DNA of 39,973 nt from Tubiluchus corallicola (GCA_030141605.1 JAQGDQ010001460.1:1-39973), one strand, 5' to 3'. Shown: positions 15,798 to 28,834, numbered from the stretch's first letter. The notes: generated from the letters alone by a model not told the origin. Translations and numbers: made by a program.

Positions 15798-16755
15798 GAT
15801 GTCTACAAAACTCGTCCGGAGAAAAAACTTTTGTGCTACCAGTGGTTCCACCCACCCTGGCAGGGAATGTATCATTTAAAATTTATGATAATAATGATTA
15901 TATTTCTTCTTTCATTTCATTCTTTCACAGTTTCTTTGTTTTTTCTTCTTTCTCTTGTTCTGGACACTTGGTACACTTCTCTATTATGTCTGACTGGTTT
16001 TGTCTGATCTTGAGGTAGCTAGATTGCTTATCAAGAGAGAACAAACATCTGCTACAGAGATAAACAGCATCCCCTCCTCCACCGGAAGTAACCCCACGCG
16101 GCCATGTTTATGCACGTCAATTCTCGCCACATCTTCTCCCCATCATCGCGGAAGCTGAGGAGCAGCATCTCCTGCATCTCATCATCCCGTCTCCCCGGGG
16201 AACACTTTACATAATTGCTCATTTGCATAAATTCTCTCTAAGCAAAGCAAATCGAAACTTTGTCAAACAGCGTGTTGCCACGCAAGCGTCTAGTGTTGCC
16301 ACGCGTGTTCGCACATAAAGAAGTCAATTGTACAAGCGCATATGACTTGAACAAACATTTGTTTATGCCTCACTGAATCCACAGCATCTGATTGGATATT
16401 ATCTCGGGTTTAGAAAGCTTCATGCAGGTTTAGAATGTCAACAATGGATAAAATATTTGTGTAAATTCGTTGTGTGAAGAAAGGTATTGATTTGAATCAT
16501 GTGTATAAAGGGGACCTGTGTTTTGCCACTGCTGTGCCTTTGTTTGCTATGAAAATTTAAAACGAGGAAGTTTAGACTGTTCTCTTGTCATATAATGGTC
16601 TCTTGTCATCATTTTCAAAGAGCGCAGGCTAGGGCACAAGAAGTATAATATTTGTTGTAACTATGAAATACAGACAATATTTTTTCTCTGAAATTAAATG
16701 TAGCACCTGTCCAACACTAACATCGACACTCATTGTTCCGTATGTTTGATCAACG

Positions 16756-17326
16756 TTGCAATGTAATATAGCTTCACAACGAACAACTTGTGGTGTGTTA
16801 GTATACATTGCAATGTAATATAGCTTCACAACGAACAACTTGTGGTGTGTTAGTATACATTGCAATGTAATATAGCTTCACAACGAACAACTTGTGGTGT
16901 GTTAGTATACATTGCAATGTAATATAACTTCGCAACGAACAACTTGTGGTGTGTTAGCATACATTGCAATGTAATATAGCTTCACAACGAACAACTTGTG
17001 GTGTGTTAGTATACATTGCAATGTAATATAACTTCTCAACGAACAGCTTGTGGTGTGTTAGTATACATTGCAATGTAATATAACTTCGCAACGAACAACT
17101 TGTGGTGTGTTAGCATACAATGCAATGTAATATAGCTTCACAACGAACAACTTGTGGTGTGTTAGTATACATTGCAATGTAATATAACTTCTCAACGAAC
17201 AACTTGTGGTGTGTTAGTATACATTGCAATGTAATATAGCTTCACAACGAACAACTTGTGGTGTGTTAGTATACATTGCAATGTAATATAACTTCTTAAC
17301 GAACAACTTGTGGTGTGTTAGCATAC
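16756..17326. repeat. 52-bp minisatellite x11 with an internal 14-bp palindrome
   Basis: Unit CATTGCAATGTAATATAGCTTCACAACGAACAACTTGTGGTGTGTTAGTATA; palindrome TACATTGCAATGTA spans the unit junctions. Confidence 0.97.
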
Positions 17327-17330
17327 GTAA

Positions 17331-18433
17331 AGGCCTATATAAGCCCCAAAGACATCGACGTCTTTAGCGCATCATTATGAGTACACAAAGAATTCATAGT
17401 AACTTCAAAGAAACAGAAAAGACATCAGTAAATTACCTTTTCCTGACGAATTTTGAAAGCGTGCATTGCCGTACAGATCGCCATGTTTCACGTCTTCGGC
17501 GCGAGTGAGCGAGAATGACGTACCAGGTACAGAAAGTGTCTTCGGTTAATATCGCCAACGGACGATGAAGCTTTTTAAGTCTTTATTATGATTACACAAA
17601 AAATTCGTAGTTATTAGTAAACAAAGGTGCCTTATGAATTAAATAACTCATCTTTTACTGTCGAATTTCAAACACTTGCATTACCTTGAAGATCGCCATG
17701 TTTCACGTCTTTGGCGTGAGTGAGCGAGAATGACGTACGCGGTGCAGAAAGTGTCTTTGGTTAATATCTCCAACAGACATTGTAATTTTTTAACTCTATA
17801 TTATGATTGCTTAGAGAATTCATAGTTATTGTTAGACAAATATAAATTAAATAATTAATTTTTTTTTCTGGTGAAACTGACGAAACAGCAAAGGTCATTT
17901 TTTACCGATCTTTGGCGACCCGGTGACTGTACTGATTACGTCATTCGTCTCTCGCGCAACGAAAAATGATGGTTATTCAAATTTAATGCCACTAAGTGAC
18001 AAAAAATGATAAAAAAAGTTTTGCAGTAAGTTTCAATAAAATAAATTGAATAATCGTAACGAGAGTAAGATTTTAAGTTGTAAAGGTTTATATTATAATG
18101 AGGGTCTAATTGTAAAATTAAAATTGTAAAACTTGATTTTTTTTTATCACTTCTTTGTTAGTGATATTAGATTTGAAAAACTGTCATTTTTCGTTGCGAG
18201 ACGAATGACGTAATGGGTACAGTCACGAGGTCAGCAAAAATCATTCTCTCACTCACGCCAAAGACGCGAAACATGGCGATCTTCAAGGCAATGCAAGTGT
18301 TTGAAGTTCGACAGAAAAAGATGAGTTATTTAATTTATAAGATACCTTTGTTTAATAATAACTACGAATTCTTTGTGTAATCATAATAATGCGTTAGAAA
18401 AACTTCAGTATCTGCTGAGGGTAATGTAGGTCT
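17331..18433. mobile_element. Foldback-like non-autonomous DNA element (Kolobok-like termini, family D)
   Basis: GTAA-AGGCCTATAT...ATGTAGGTCT-TTAA; outer arms ~17360-17730 / 18241-18400, with the left arm tandemly repeated at period 215; inner inverted repeat 17911-18026 / 18123-18239. Confidence 0.75.
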
Positions 18434-19288
18434 TTAAATTTACAAGCTTTATATATCACTTACTGCTAACACAAGGTCTGCGCAAGAATAAAACAGTTTA
18501 TAAATGATAAACATTTTCAAGACGATTTTTTAGACTTTTTCTAAATAGTTTTCTTGCCACTAAGCATTATATAACAGTTGATGGTTAGAAAAGAGATTAA
18601 TTGCTATGTTATTGGTCTACACATACACAGTGCTGACAAGTACAGAATGCCGGTTGTATACGTTTTTATTATCTATTAGTATCTTCGTTTACATTAGACA
18701 GAAAAGTCTTCAGCTATTACTGGGTAAAAAGCCGCGTGGTCACGGTGTGTAGTTGGTGCTAGATAGAGCAACATTTGATCTATCAGCTAACGAATGGTTG
18801 ACCTCGGCTATTCACGCCATTGAGACAGGATGAATCTGTTACTCTGTATCCACACTGGGCGAGACACCTAAACGACTTTAAAATTCATAAAATGGACGTT
18901 CTCTTGTTCTCAGAAGTGTTCTACCTCTCGTAAAACTCAGACGTGTTTTGCTGCTGCAAAAAAGCTTACTGTTCGCCTTTCTGTCGAAACGCTAGAGGGC
19001 ACATTGTCGAAGCGTTGAAACGTTGCAAAGTAAGAAATTATGGCGTTAATCAAAGCAAACAGCGAACTAATTGCACAAAACTTAATTCCCGTATGCATTA
19101 ATAATGATTGCGACAGTTTTCCTATTAAAACCCCAACACAACCCGTAACCGTCCAAATGGGAGAATGTTAGATTACTCTACCTATATAAACGGTAGGAAA
19201 CAACGCTACGTAAGTGTAAAGTACTTTCAACATTTTAGAGGAAAAATTGCGTACACTGAGAAGTTTAGTTCTTATTTTAGTCAATTAA

Positions 19289-19829
19289 AGGAAAGATCAA
19301 GCGTTCTAGGAGGTTTGGCTTATTTCAATGCACACGAAAGATGTTAGTACTTTTTTAGTAATTAGTAATATTAGTAGTGGAAGGATTTAGTAATAAAGCT
19401 GCAATGAGCGTCCCCAATGTAATTAGTAAAATCACTTTAAAGTCGCGATCATATCATGCTTGTGCGCTCACATTTTCAATGCCCATTCTTCCACCAATGA
19501 CGTCATCCTTCCCGAAGAAAAGTTGCACAATGTCAATTTTCGTCCAAAGTCTTTACAAAACGAATAGATAGCTAATTTTTCATATTTTTGCGTAAACATT
19601 AGGTAAACTACAGACGTTTGAACAATGCAGCGCGCGCTTACGAAAAGTCACGAAATCTCACAGTTACGTCATCACTTTCAAGTAAAGGACGGTTACTTTC
19701 ACGCCTGAAAATTTCTATTCAGAGGTACAATATATATTATATTTATGATTTATCAACAGTTCTTTGCAAATTTCTTTGTCACATTTTTTTTCAAATAAAC
19801 CCAACATACAGAATAACTTATTCTTTCCT
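19289..19829 (-). mobile_element. Family A element, both termini present, no 5' tandem array
   Basis: TTAA at 19285-19288 and 19830-19833; reverse complement aligns to 396-1101. Confidence 0.87.
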
Positions 19830-20139
19830 TTAAAAACGCACAGGGGTGGATGGGATGGGAAGAGCATGCACGGGATGAAGAAGGGGAGGGGGAAAGGAGG
19901 AGAGCCAGGTGATTGGGGCAATTTGAATGATTGGTGCAAGTAGTGAACTTCAACTTTAGTGATGACGTAAACAGGAGCTAAATATGGATGATAATCCACT
20001 GGAAGAAGGAAAACATGGAATTGCGGTGGATGTATAAAAGACAGTGGGTATCGAACTGTTAAAAATTATACAGAAGACACAATAAACGTCTAAAAATTTT
20101 CAAAAGGACGTTCTCTTGTTCGTCGAAGTGTTCTACGTG

Positions 20140-21106
20140 TTCATTTATTCATTCATTCACTCTACCATTCGTTTATTCATCCACTCATTGACTCTGCCAT
20201 TCCTTTATTCATTCATTCACCCAATCTATCTCATTCGTCTATTCACTCACTCTACCATTTGTTCATTCATTCATTCATTCACTCTACCATTCATTCACTC
20301 TACCATTTGTTTATTCATTCATTCATTCACTCTACTATTCGTTTATTCATCCACTCATTGACTCTGCCATTCCTTTATTCATTCATTCACCCAATCTATC
20401 ATTCGTTCATTCGTCTATTCACTCACTCTACCATTCGTTCATTCATTCATTCATTCTACCATTCGTTCACTCATCCATTCATTCACTCTACCATTTGTTT
20501 ATTCATTCATTCATTCATTCACTCTACCATTCGTTCATTCATCAATTCATTCACTCTACCATTCGTTCATTCATCAATTCATTCACTCTACCATTCGTTC
20601 ACTCATCCATTCATTCACTCTACCATTTGTTTATTCATTCATTCATTCATTCACTCTACCATTCGTTTATTCATTCATTCATTCACTCTACCATTTGTTT
20701 ATTCATTCATTCATTCATTCACTCTACCATTCGTTTATTCATTCATTCATTCACTCTACCATTCGTTTATTCATTCATTCATTCATTCACTCTACCATTC
20801 GTTTATTCATTCATTCATTCATTCACTCTACCATTCGTTTATTCATTCATTCATTCACTCTACCATTCGTTTATTCATTCATTCATTCATTCACTCTACC
20901 ATTTGTTTATTCATTCATTCATTCATTCACTCTACCATTCGTTTATTCATTCATTCATTCACTCTACCATTCGTTTATTCATTCATTCATTCATTCACTC
21001 TACCATTTGTTTATTCATTCATTCATTCATTCACTCTACCATTCGTTTATTCATTCATTCATTCACTCTACCATTCGTTCATTCATCAATTCATTCACTC
21101 TACCAT
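20140..21106. repeat. (CATT)n-based compound satellite, left part
   Basis: Units CACTCTACCATT(C/T)GTTTATT(CATT)n. Confidence 0.96.
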
Positions 21107-22000
21107 GATGTTATCGTGCAGTCAAAAGTTGTTAATTTCTTAGGCGTTAAGTTGGACAACATGCTTACATGGGAAGAGCAGTTTATCAACATTTATAAAA
21201 AAAATGGCATTAAGTACTTCGTACCTTCGACAAATCAGAGGACAACTATCAAAACAAACAAAAATTCTAATTTACAAAACTTTAATTTTGCCCCATTATT
21301 TATATGCCTGCATACTATACCAAAAAGTGAAAAGAGACTCATACATCAAGTTAAATGTACTTCAAAACTACGCTTTACGATTAGTTAATGGCCATTCTTT
21401 GAAATCATCTCACAATACAAGTAAATATTCTGCCACCTCTTTAAGAAACTCCATGAAAATCCCGATACTAGAAGCCCACAGAGATTATCAAACTCTCCTG
21501 TTTCTCTATAAATATATCAACAATATTAATGCTCCCTTTGAAAACAATAAGCTCCCACTTCTTAAAAACCCCCAGTATGAATAACAGAACACTAAATTTA
21601 AGAAACATCAGAACGAACAACCAATATGGAAAGTATTCCATTACTAAACAAGCTATACAACTTTGGAATTCATTACCGACATCACTAAAACACAGCAGCT
21701 CTTTAACAATATTCAAGTTTAAATTAAAAAAACATTTAATGACACGTTTTGAATATCCGACATACGACCACGATGACACCTACTCAAATCATAATTTCAT
21801 TTTTCCCAGACCGTACTAAACTAGTTTATATTTTATTTTTTGAAATTCTAGTTGCACTTATAGTTTAGCTTGCACCAGACATATTTGCCCAGAACAGTGT
21901 ATGTTTAATTTCATATGAACTAACACTGATTGTCTGTCTTGTATTATGATGGTCAATGTTTTTAAAATGGCAAATAAAGATTTTACTACTACTACTACTA
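21107..22000 (+). mobile_element. 5'-truncated LINE (CR1 group: L2/Crack/Daphne-like), frameshifted RT C-terminal region
   Basis: Motifs FLGVKLDNMLTW, LIYKTLILPHYLY, LQNYALRLV and LWNSLP...FKFKLKKHL across three frames; stop at 21819, AATAAA at 21973 and a (TAC)n tail at 21984-22000. Confidence 0.9.
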
Positions 22001-22550
22001 CCATTCGTTCACTCATCCATTCATTCACTCTACCATTTGTTTATTCATTCATTCATTCATTCACTCTACCATTCGTTTATTCATCCACTCATTCACTCTG
22101 CCATTCCTTTATTCATTCATTCACCCAATCTATCATTCGTTCATTCATTCATTCATTCATTCATTCATTCTACCATTCGTTCACTCATCCATTCATTCAC
22201 TCTACCATTTGTTTATTCATTCATTCATTCACTCTACCATTCGTTTATTCATTCATTCATTCACTCTACCATTCGTTCATTCATCAATTCATTCACTCTA
22301 CCATTTGTCTATTCATTCATTCATTCATTCACTCTATCATTCGTTTATTCATTCATTGATTCACTCTACCATTCGTTTATTCATTCATTGATTCACTCTA
22401 CCATTCATTCGTTCATTCACTCTACCATTCGTTCATTCATTCATTCATTCACTCTATCATTCGTTCATTCATTCATTCACTCTCTCTACCATTCGTTTAT
22501 TCATTCATTCATTCACTCTATTATTCGTTCATTCATTCACTCACTCACTC
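22001..22550. repeat. (CATT)n-based compound satellite, right part
   Basis: Same units as 20140-21106. Confidence 0.96.
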
Positions 22551-22744
22551 AACTTATTCAAAATAAAAGAAGTTCAGATGAATAAACGTTAATTTCTTGA
22601 AGAAATTAAAAAAATCCAAGTTAATTGCAAAGTTAATTAATGCAAGTAATCAGTATTCACTTTAATACAAGTAAACCAACACCTTGTATGTCGACATGGC
22701 TTGTCTGCTTTTAAAACTGAATTAAAACCTGTCCTGATTGTAAC

Positions 22745-22817
22745 TAGTTGTGTAGACTAGTAGTCGTAGCATTTCACTTGCAATCGAAAGGTTCCTGGTT
22801 CAAATCCGGGTCAGCCT
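22745..22817 (+). pseudogene. Degenerate tRNA-like sequence (tRNA pseudogene or SINE head)
   Basis: T-arm CCTGGTTCAAATCCGGG with B-box at 22797-22807 and an A-box-like region; acceptor and anticodon stems pair poorly. Confidence 0.5.
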
Positions 22818-23091
22818 TAACTTTTTTAAAATTTTCTTTGAAGTTTATTTGCAAAACATTAACAATTCATCATTTTCATTGCTTTGCACTTACCGTACGT
22901 GCGGGATGAAAGGGTTAACAGGATGTTGATAACATGAATTTTTAAAGCAGCTTTGTGTGAAGGCTGTAAATCATTCTCTGCAAACGGCTTCACGCTGAAC
23001 TTACGAAACACAAAACAACTAATAACATTAAAAACACCGAACCAAAAACTTTAGCTAGCAAATGCCTTTTGCCTAACACATTTGCGTTTAA

Positions 23092-24335
23092 AGTAATGAA
23101 CAAGTCACTCAGTATGTTGGATTTATTTTACTGTTATCACTTAAACTGTTTGTGGTGTGCTAAAGTAATGAACAAGTCATTCAGTATGTTGGGTTTATTT
23201 TACTGTAATCACTTAAACTGTTTGTGGTGTGCTAAAGGAAAGAACAATTCACTCAGTATGTTGGGTTTATTTTACTGTTATCACTTAAACTGTTTGTGGT
23301 GTGCTAAAGTAATGAACAAGTCATTCAGTATGTTGGGTTTATTTTACTGTAATCACTTAAACTGTTTGCGGTGTGCTAAAGGAAAGAACAATTCACTCAG
23401 TATGTTGGGTTTATTTTAATGTTATCACTTAAACTGTTTGTGGTGTGCTAAAGTAAAGAACAAGTCGCTCAGTATGTTGGGTTTGTTTTACTGTTATCAC
23501 TTAAACTGTTTGTGGTGTGCTAAAGGAAAGAACAATTCACTCAGTATGTTGGGTTTATTTTAATGTTATCACTTAAACTGTTTGTGGTGTGCTAAAGTAA
23601 AGAACAAGTCGCTCAGTATGTTGGGTTTATTCTACTGTTATCACTTAAACTGTTTGTGGTGTGCTAAAGTAAAGAACAAGTCGCTCAGTATGTTGGGTTT
23701 ATTCTACTGTTATCACTTAAACTGTTTGTGGTGTGCTAAAGTAAAGAACAAGTCGCTCAGTATGTTGGGTTTATTCTACTGTTATCACTTAAACTGTTTG
23801 TGGTGTGCTAAAGTAAAGAACAAGTCACTCAGTATGTTGGGTTTATTTTACTGTTATCACTTAAACTTAGAAAAATATAACAAAGAAGTTTGCAAAGAAC
23901 TGCTTATAATATATAAATCTAAATTATCCTACCTCTGAATAGAAATTTTCAGGCGTGGTGGTTGCCGCCATTCACTTGTAAATTATGACGTAAGTTGGAG
24001 ACTTCGTGACTTTTGGTAAGCGCATCGTTGCTTTCCGTAAGCGCGAGTTGTTTAAACTAATTAAACTGCAGCTCACCTAATGTTAACTCAAAAAGATTAC
24101 AAAATCAACTATCTATATTTTAAAAAAAAACTTATTATACTCATAGATTGACAGTGCGCTACTTTTCTTCAACACGAGTGACGTCATTGGTGGAAGAATA
24201 GGCATTGAAAATGGGAGCGTCCAAGCACGAAGTGATCGAGACTTTACTAGTGATTTAGTTCTATTACTAAAACGTTCTAACATTTTTTGCGAACATTGAA
24301 ATAAGACTAACCTCCTAGAAGGCTTGACCTTTCCT
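23092..24335 (+). mobile_element. Family A element with ~11 tandem 72-bp terminal units
   Basis: TTAA at 23088-23091 and 24336-24339; array 23090-23866 followed by the normal body. Confidence 0.87.
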
Positions 24336-24414
24336 TTAAGTAATTTTAACTACGTTACTCCTATTCCATAGTAATGTTCATAATTATTGCAACATTGTTC
24401 TGCATCTCTCTAGC

Positions 24415-24768
24415 ATTTCGCTCCCACTAGGAGTAAACAGGTGCTGTATCTCTCAGTTCAGATGTGCTAGTTTGTGACGAACTTCACATGTTCGACAGCT
24501 CATGCATGAGCACAGCAGTGAATTTGAAATTCGAATTTTTATCTTAAAACTTACCTAGTTTTACTACAACACGCTGAATATCTTACAGTAGCAATGTACT
24601 TCAATTTTTGCTTTCGCAAACATGTGCAACACGCTCGTGGAATACTTTTGCTGTTGAAAATTATGTTCGTTTGTGACATTACCAATAGTTGGATCGTCCG
24701 CCATGAATTACATTTTTCCAGTATTAATTGTGTTAAAATGTATACTTTATATTGGACATGAAAGTGGG
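24415..24768 (-). mobile_element. Family C fragment
   Basis: Reverse complement aligns with ~32250-32700, with deletions. Confidence 0.8.
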
Positions 24769-24999
24769 AATATCAGTATATCAGTTGCAAAACTCTCTGT
24801 TTCAAACATAGTTTGATGTTACAGCTTCAATAAAATTGCGTTAATATTATTTAAACCAAATGAGAATAACTACGAAACGCACTTAGGTTTAAAATAAAAC
24901 GAAATTCATCATTTTCTGGCTGGGTGCATTGCAGAAACAAGAAAACACAATTTTCATGCTTTCTGCAATGAAAAGCAATCTTACATAGATTATTTTGCT

Positions 25000-25186
25000 T
25001 CATAATCGCAAAGAAGACAAAGTGCCCAAAAAGTCTCAAAAATTCTTAGACTTTACCAGGTGCTTTCATGCTTCACGGACATCGTCAGCCGTAACAACTG
25101 GTGAAGTTCGTGAAGCATGAAAGCTCCCGGTAAAAAATAAGAATTTTTAATACTTAAAGGGCACTTTGTCTTCTCATCGATTATGA
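25000..25186. mobile_element. Inverted pair of Penelope-like pLTR fragments with minimal hammerhead ribozyme motifs
   Basis: ~85-bp arms form a hairpin. Minus arm: TTACGG-CTGACGA-TGTCCGTGAAGCAT-GAAA-GCAC-CTGGTAA. Plus arm: CTGGTGA-AGTTCGTGAAGCAT-GAAA-GCTC-CCGGTAA. Confidence 0.65.
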
Positions 25187-26209
25187 CAATGGCAAGTATC
25201 AGAGCGGCACTATCTTATTTTCAAGCTGATTTTGCTTCACTTTAATAAGTTAGTTTGTGTCACTTGCATGAGCTAAAATAACTTTTACTGTTCGAATTTC
25301 ACTATTAATTCTCGAAAGTGCAGGTATCGTCATTATTCAAGGCTATATGGCGCTGAATGAGAGAAGACCTACCCCTTAGTGCTGCATTTTTTTCTACCAG
25401 ATGATACAATAAGGCTTTTGCATGCCAAGGCTCTAAGTTAATCAGAAATAATAAACTTAATTAGTTATTAATTATACTATAATTAGCAAACAAACGTTTG
25501 AAAATATAGGTTGGTTGGTAATTCAATAGCATTGACAAGAGGAGTGTCTTAATCTTAAGATACTGCATTATCAAGTGGTCAAGGACATCCACCTTATAAG
25601 TTCTTGGTTCAAATCCGACATTCTCTTATTTTTTACGATTATATTTGATTTAAAATGTTTGATAATTATGGACCAAATTCACCATTAAGTTTTTTTGTAA
25701 TTTTGTTTTCACTGACCGACTGACTAATTGACTCACTCGATTATACAATACTGCTGGATAAGGATAGACAAAAGTGTAGAAATCACATAACTGCCCACTT
25801 AATACTTTCATTCAAAGCAGAATAGCTTAAGTAACAAAGAACTGCTGGTTTTAAAGAGTTAACACCAAGGATTGTGTTCAGAAATTATTGATTTTTCGCT
25901 TTTCAGGTCTGCAGAGAATTTATTTTTTATTCGCCCTACCATATCATGCAAATAGGTATGGAGATTCTCCAAAGTTAGAACAAACGGATGTACAAATCAC
26001 TGACTAATTGCAGCTGCTGACCAGTGGTCAATTATACCTGCCCAGTGGCTATTTGCAGATAAGCTATAATTTGGCAGGGCGGCGTCAGATGTCTGTGTTT
26101 CTGTAATCCCTTAATTGTTATCTCTAGTTGAATGGAGCAGTCTGAGTTTTGAAATACTCAAAAGCGAAAATTAATGCTGTGGTCTGAAAGAGGAGCCTAG
26201 TTCATATTT

Positions 26210-27097
<888 letters not shown>

Positions 27098-27579
27098 ATT
27101 AACACACATTTAGGCAGGTATAACTGCACGGTTCCTTTACCTCACTGCACGTCGTGACAATCAGAGGTGTTTAACAATTATGCAAACTCCATGAGCTCAC
27201 AATCGACGAGAGGGGCTTTGGCTAGAGTGAATTACTAAACATCAAAGACATCAAGAGATTTTTGTTTCTCTTTTATATCAGATGGAACAAATTGATTCGC
27301 ACTTTCTCCAACTGTAGCCTCAAAATCAAACGAATTCTATTATATTCATGTTTGTTCGTACAAATTTTCATTGCTTAGCACTTCAGCACAACTTTCATCT
27401 TTTTAATAGTTTGATAAATGAAATTTTTAACAGTGATTGTATCTTTTTATCTAAAATTTATTAATATTGAATAAATCAGTTATTTACAAAAAACGTCTAT
27501 TAACTTTAATCTTTCAATCTTATACGTATATTTTGCCAAATTTTTCATCTGTGTATAATTTTACTGTGGTGGTATTTTA

Positions 27580-27631
<52 letters not shown>

Positions 27632-27641
27632 TGTGTGTGTG
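27580..27641. repeat. (GT)n/(GCGT)n microsatellite
   Basis: Read directly. Confidence 0.95.
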
Positions 27642-28461
27642 ACGTGCTAGCTATTGCACATATGTAGTACATTCTATTGTATGTGTGAGTAAATATTGTG
27701 GGTTTTTACCTGAAATAAAGTGCGTCTTACCTTTTTATATTTTAAACACTATATTAAAACGACACTGGTAGCAATAGGCATTAATGTTAGCATTTCCCCT
27801 GAACCCTATTACTACACCAAATTGGAAACTTGACCCACATCTAAACAGGCTGGAAAATGAATTTAAAATATTGAATTGAACAGGTAAGAAAGACAGGTGT
27901 GAAAACATTAGCATGAAAGTGATCCGACTGCACAGGTGGCATAAAGGCATCCAGGCAAATCGACTATGATTTCCTCACCTGTGTGGCTTTTACCTGCCAT
28001 AAGCGCAACTCGACTCTTTGTCCGCATCAGGTGTTAAACTACCCGGCACTAATGTCGACCGTGTGTCGGATTCGTCCGGTTTTTGTACGCCCCCGGATCG
28101 TAATTACAGAATTAGTTGCCAGTGTTGACGAACCTACTGAAGTCTAAACAGTAAAGAAAGCTTGTTGTTTGGCTTTATTGAGAGGAAATTGTGATGTTGT
28201 GTTGACATTTCCCGCCTAATGTTTGTTTACAAGAACATCTCGCTGAACTTGTTTTGTTATCTTTTAAAATATTTCTTGAGTGCCAGTAGGACACAATATA
28301 GACAACACAAATTGTAATGCAATCAACACAGTTAAAATACAAGAGAAATCTTTACTGTTATAAACCTAAAACATCGTCTTAATCGTCTTAAACGTCTTAA
28401 AGCTAAAAAGTCATCTAGAAATTCTCTATTATTTACGCATTAGCCTTCTGTACTTATAATC

Positions 28462-28794
28462 TTATTGACAATTTATACATCTTCCTAGTTAGTAAAGTTT
28501 GAGCTACAAATGCTCTGATTATTTTCTCAAACTTTACCGAATGTTATTTACCGAAGTTACCGAAGTTTCAAATTTACAAGTTTGTCATACAGCCTTATCT
28601 AAACAAACTTAAGACTGTATAATACTTATATACTTGAAACTCCACCCTAAACCTGTAGGTACAGTCGTTTTACTGGTCAGTCCTTGAAAAACGAATTTAA
28701 GCAAGTGTGTAACACTGGGCAAAGTTTTAAAAAATAATGACAGCATTTGTAGCTCAAACTTTACTAACTAAGCGAGAGTAAAAATTGTCAATAA
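28462..28794. repeat. Inverted pair of unclassified dispersed repeat family E fragments
   Basis: 28462-28538 is the reverse complement of 28717-28794 (TAGTTAGTAAAGTTTGAGCTACAAATGCT). Confidence 0.8.
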
Positions 28795-28834
28795 CATTAC
28801 TGGCTGTACCTAACTGTCAACCCTAAAGCTTTAA

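Noticed and set aside
23069-23938. Cys/His-repeat (zinc-finger-like) ORFs CYHLNCLWC
   Set aside because: In-frame translation of the 72-bp transposon terminal repeat, interrupted by 71-bp units.
25565-25625. tRNA gene
   Set aside because: Only a B-box GGTTCAAATCC and a weak A-box are present, with no cloverleaf; at most a decayed SINE head. 22745-22817 is likewise not an intact tRNA.
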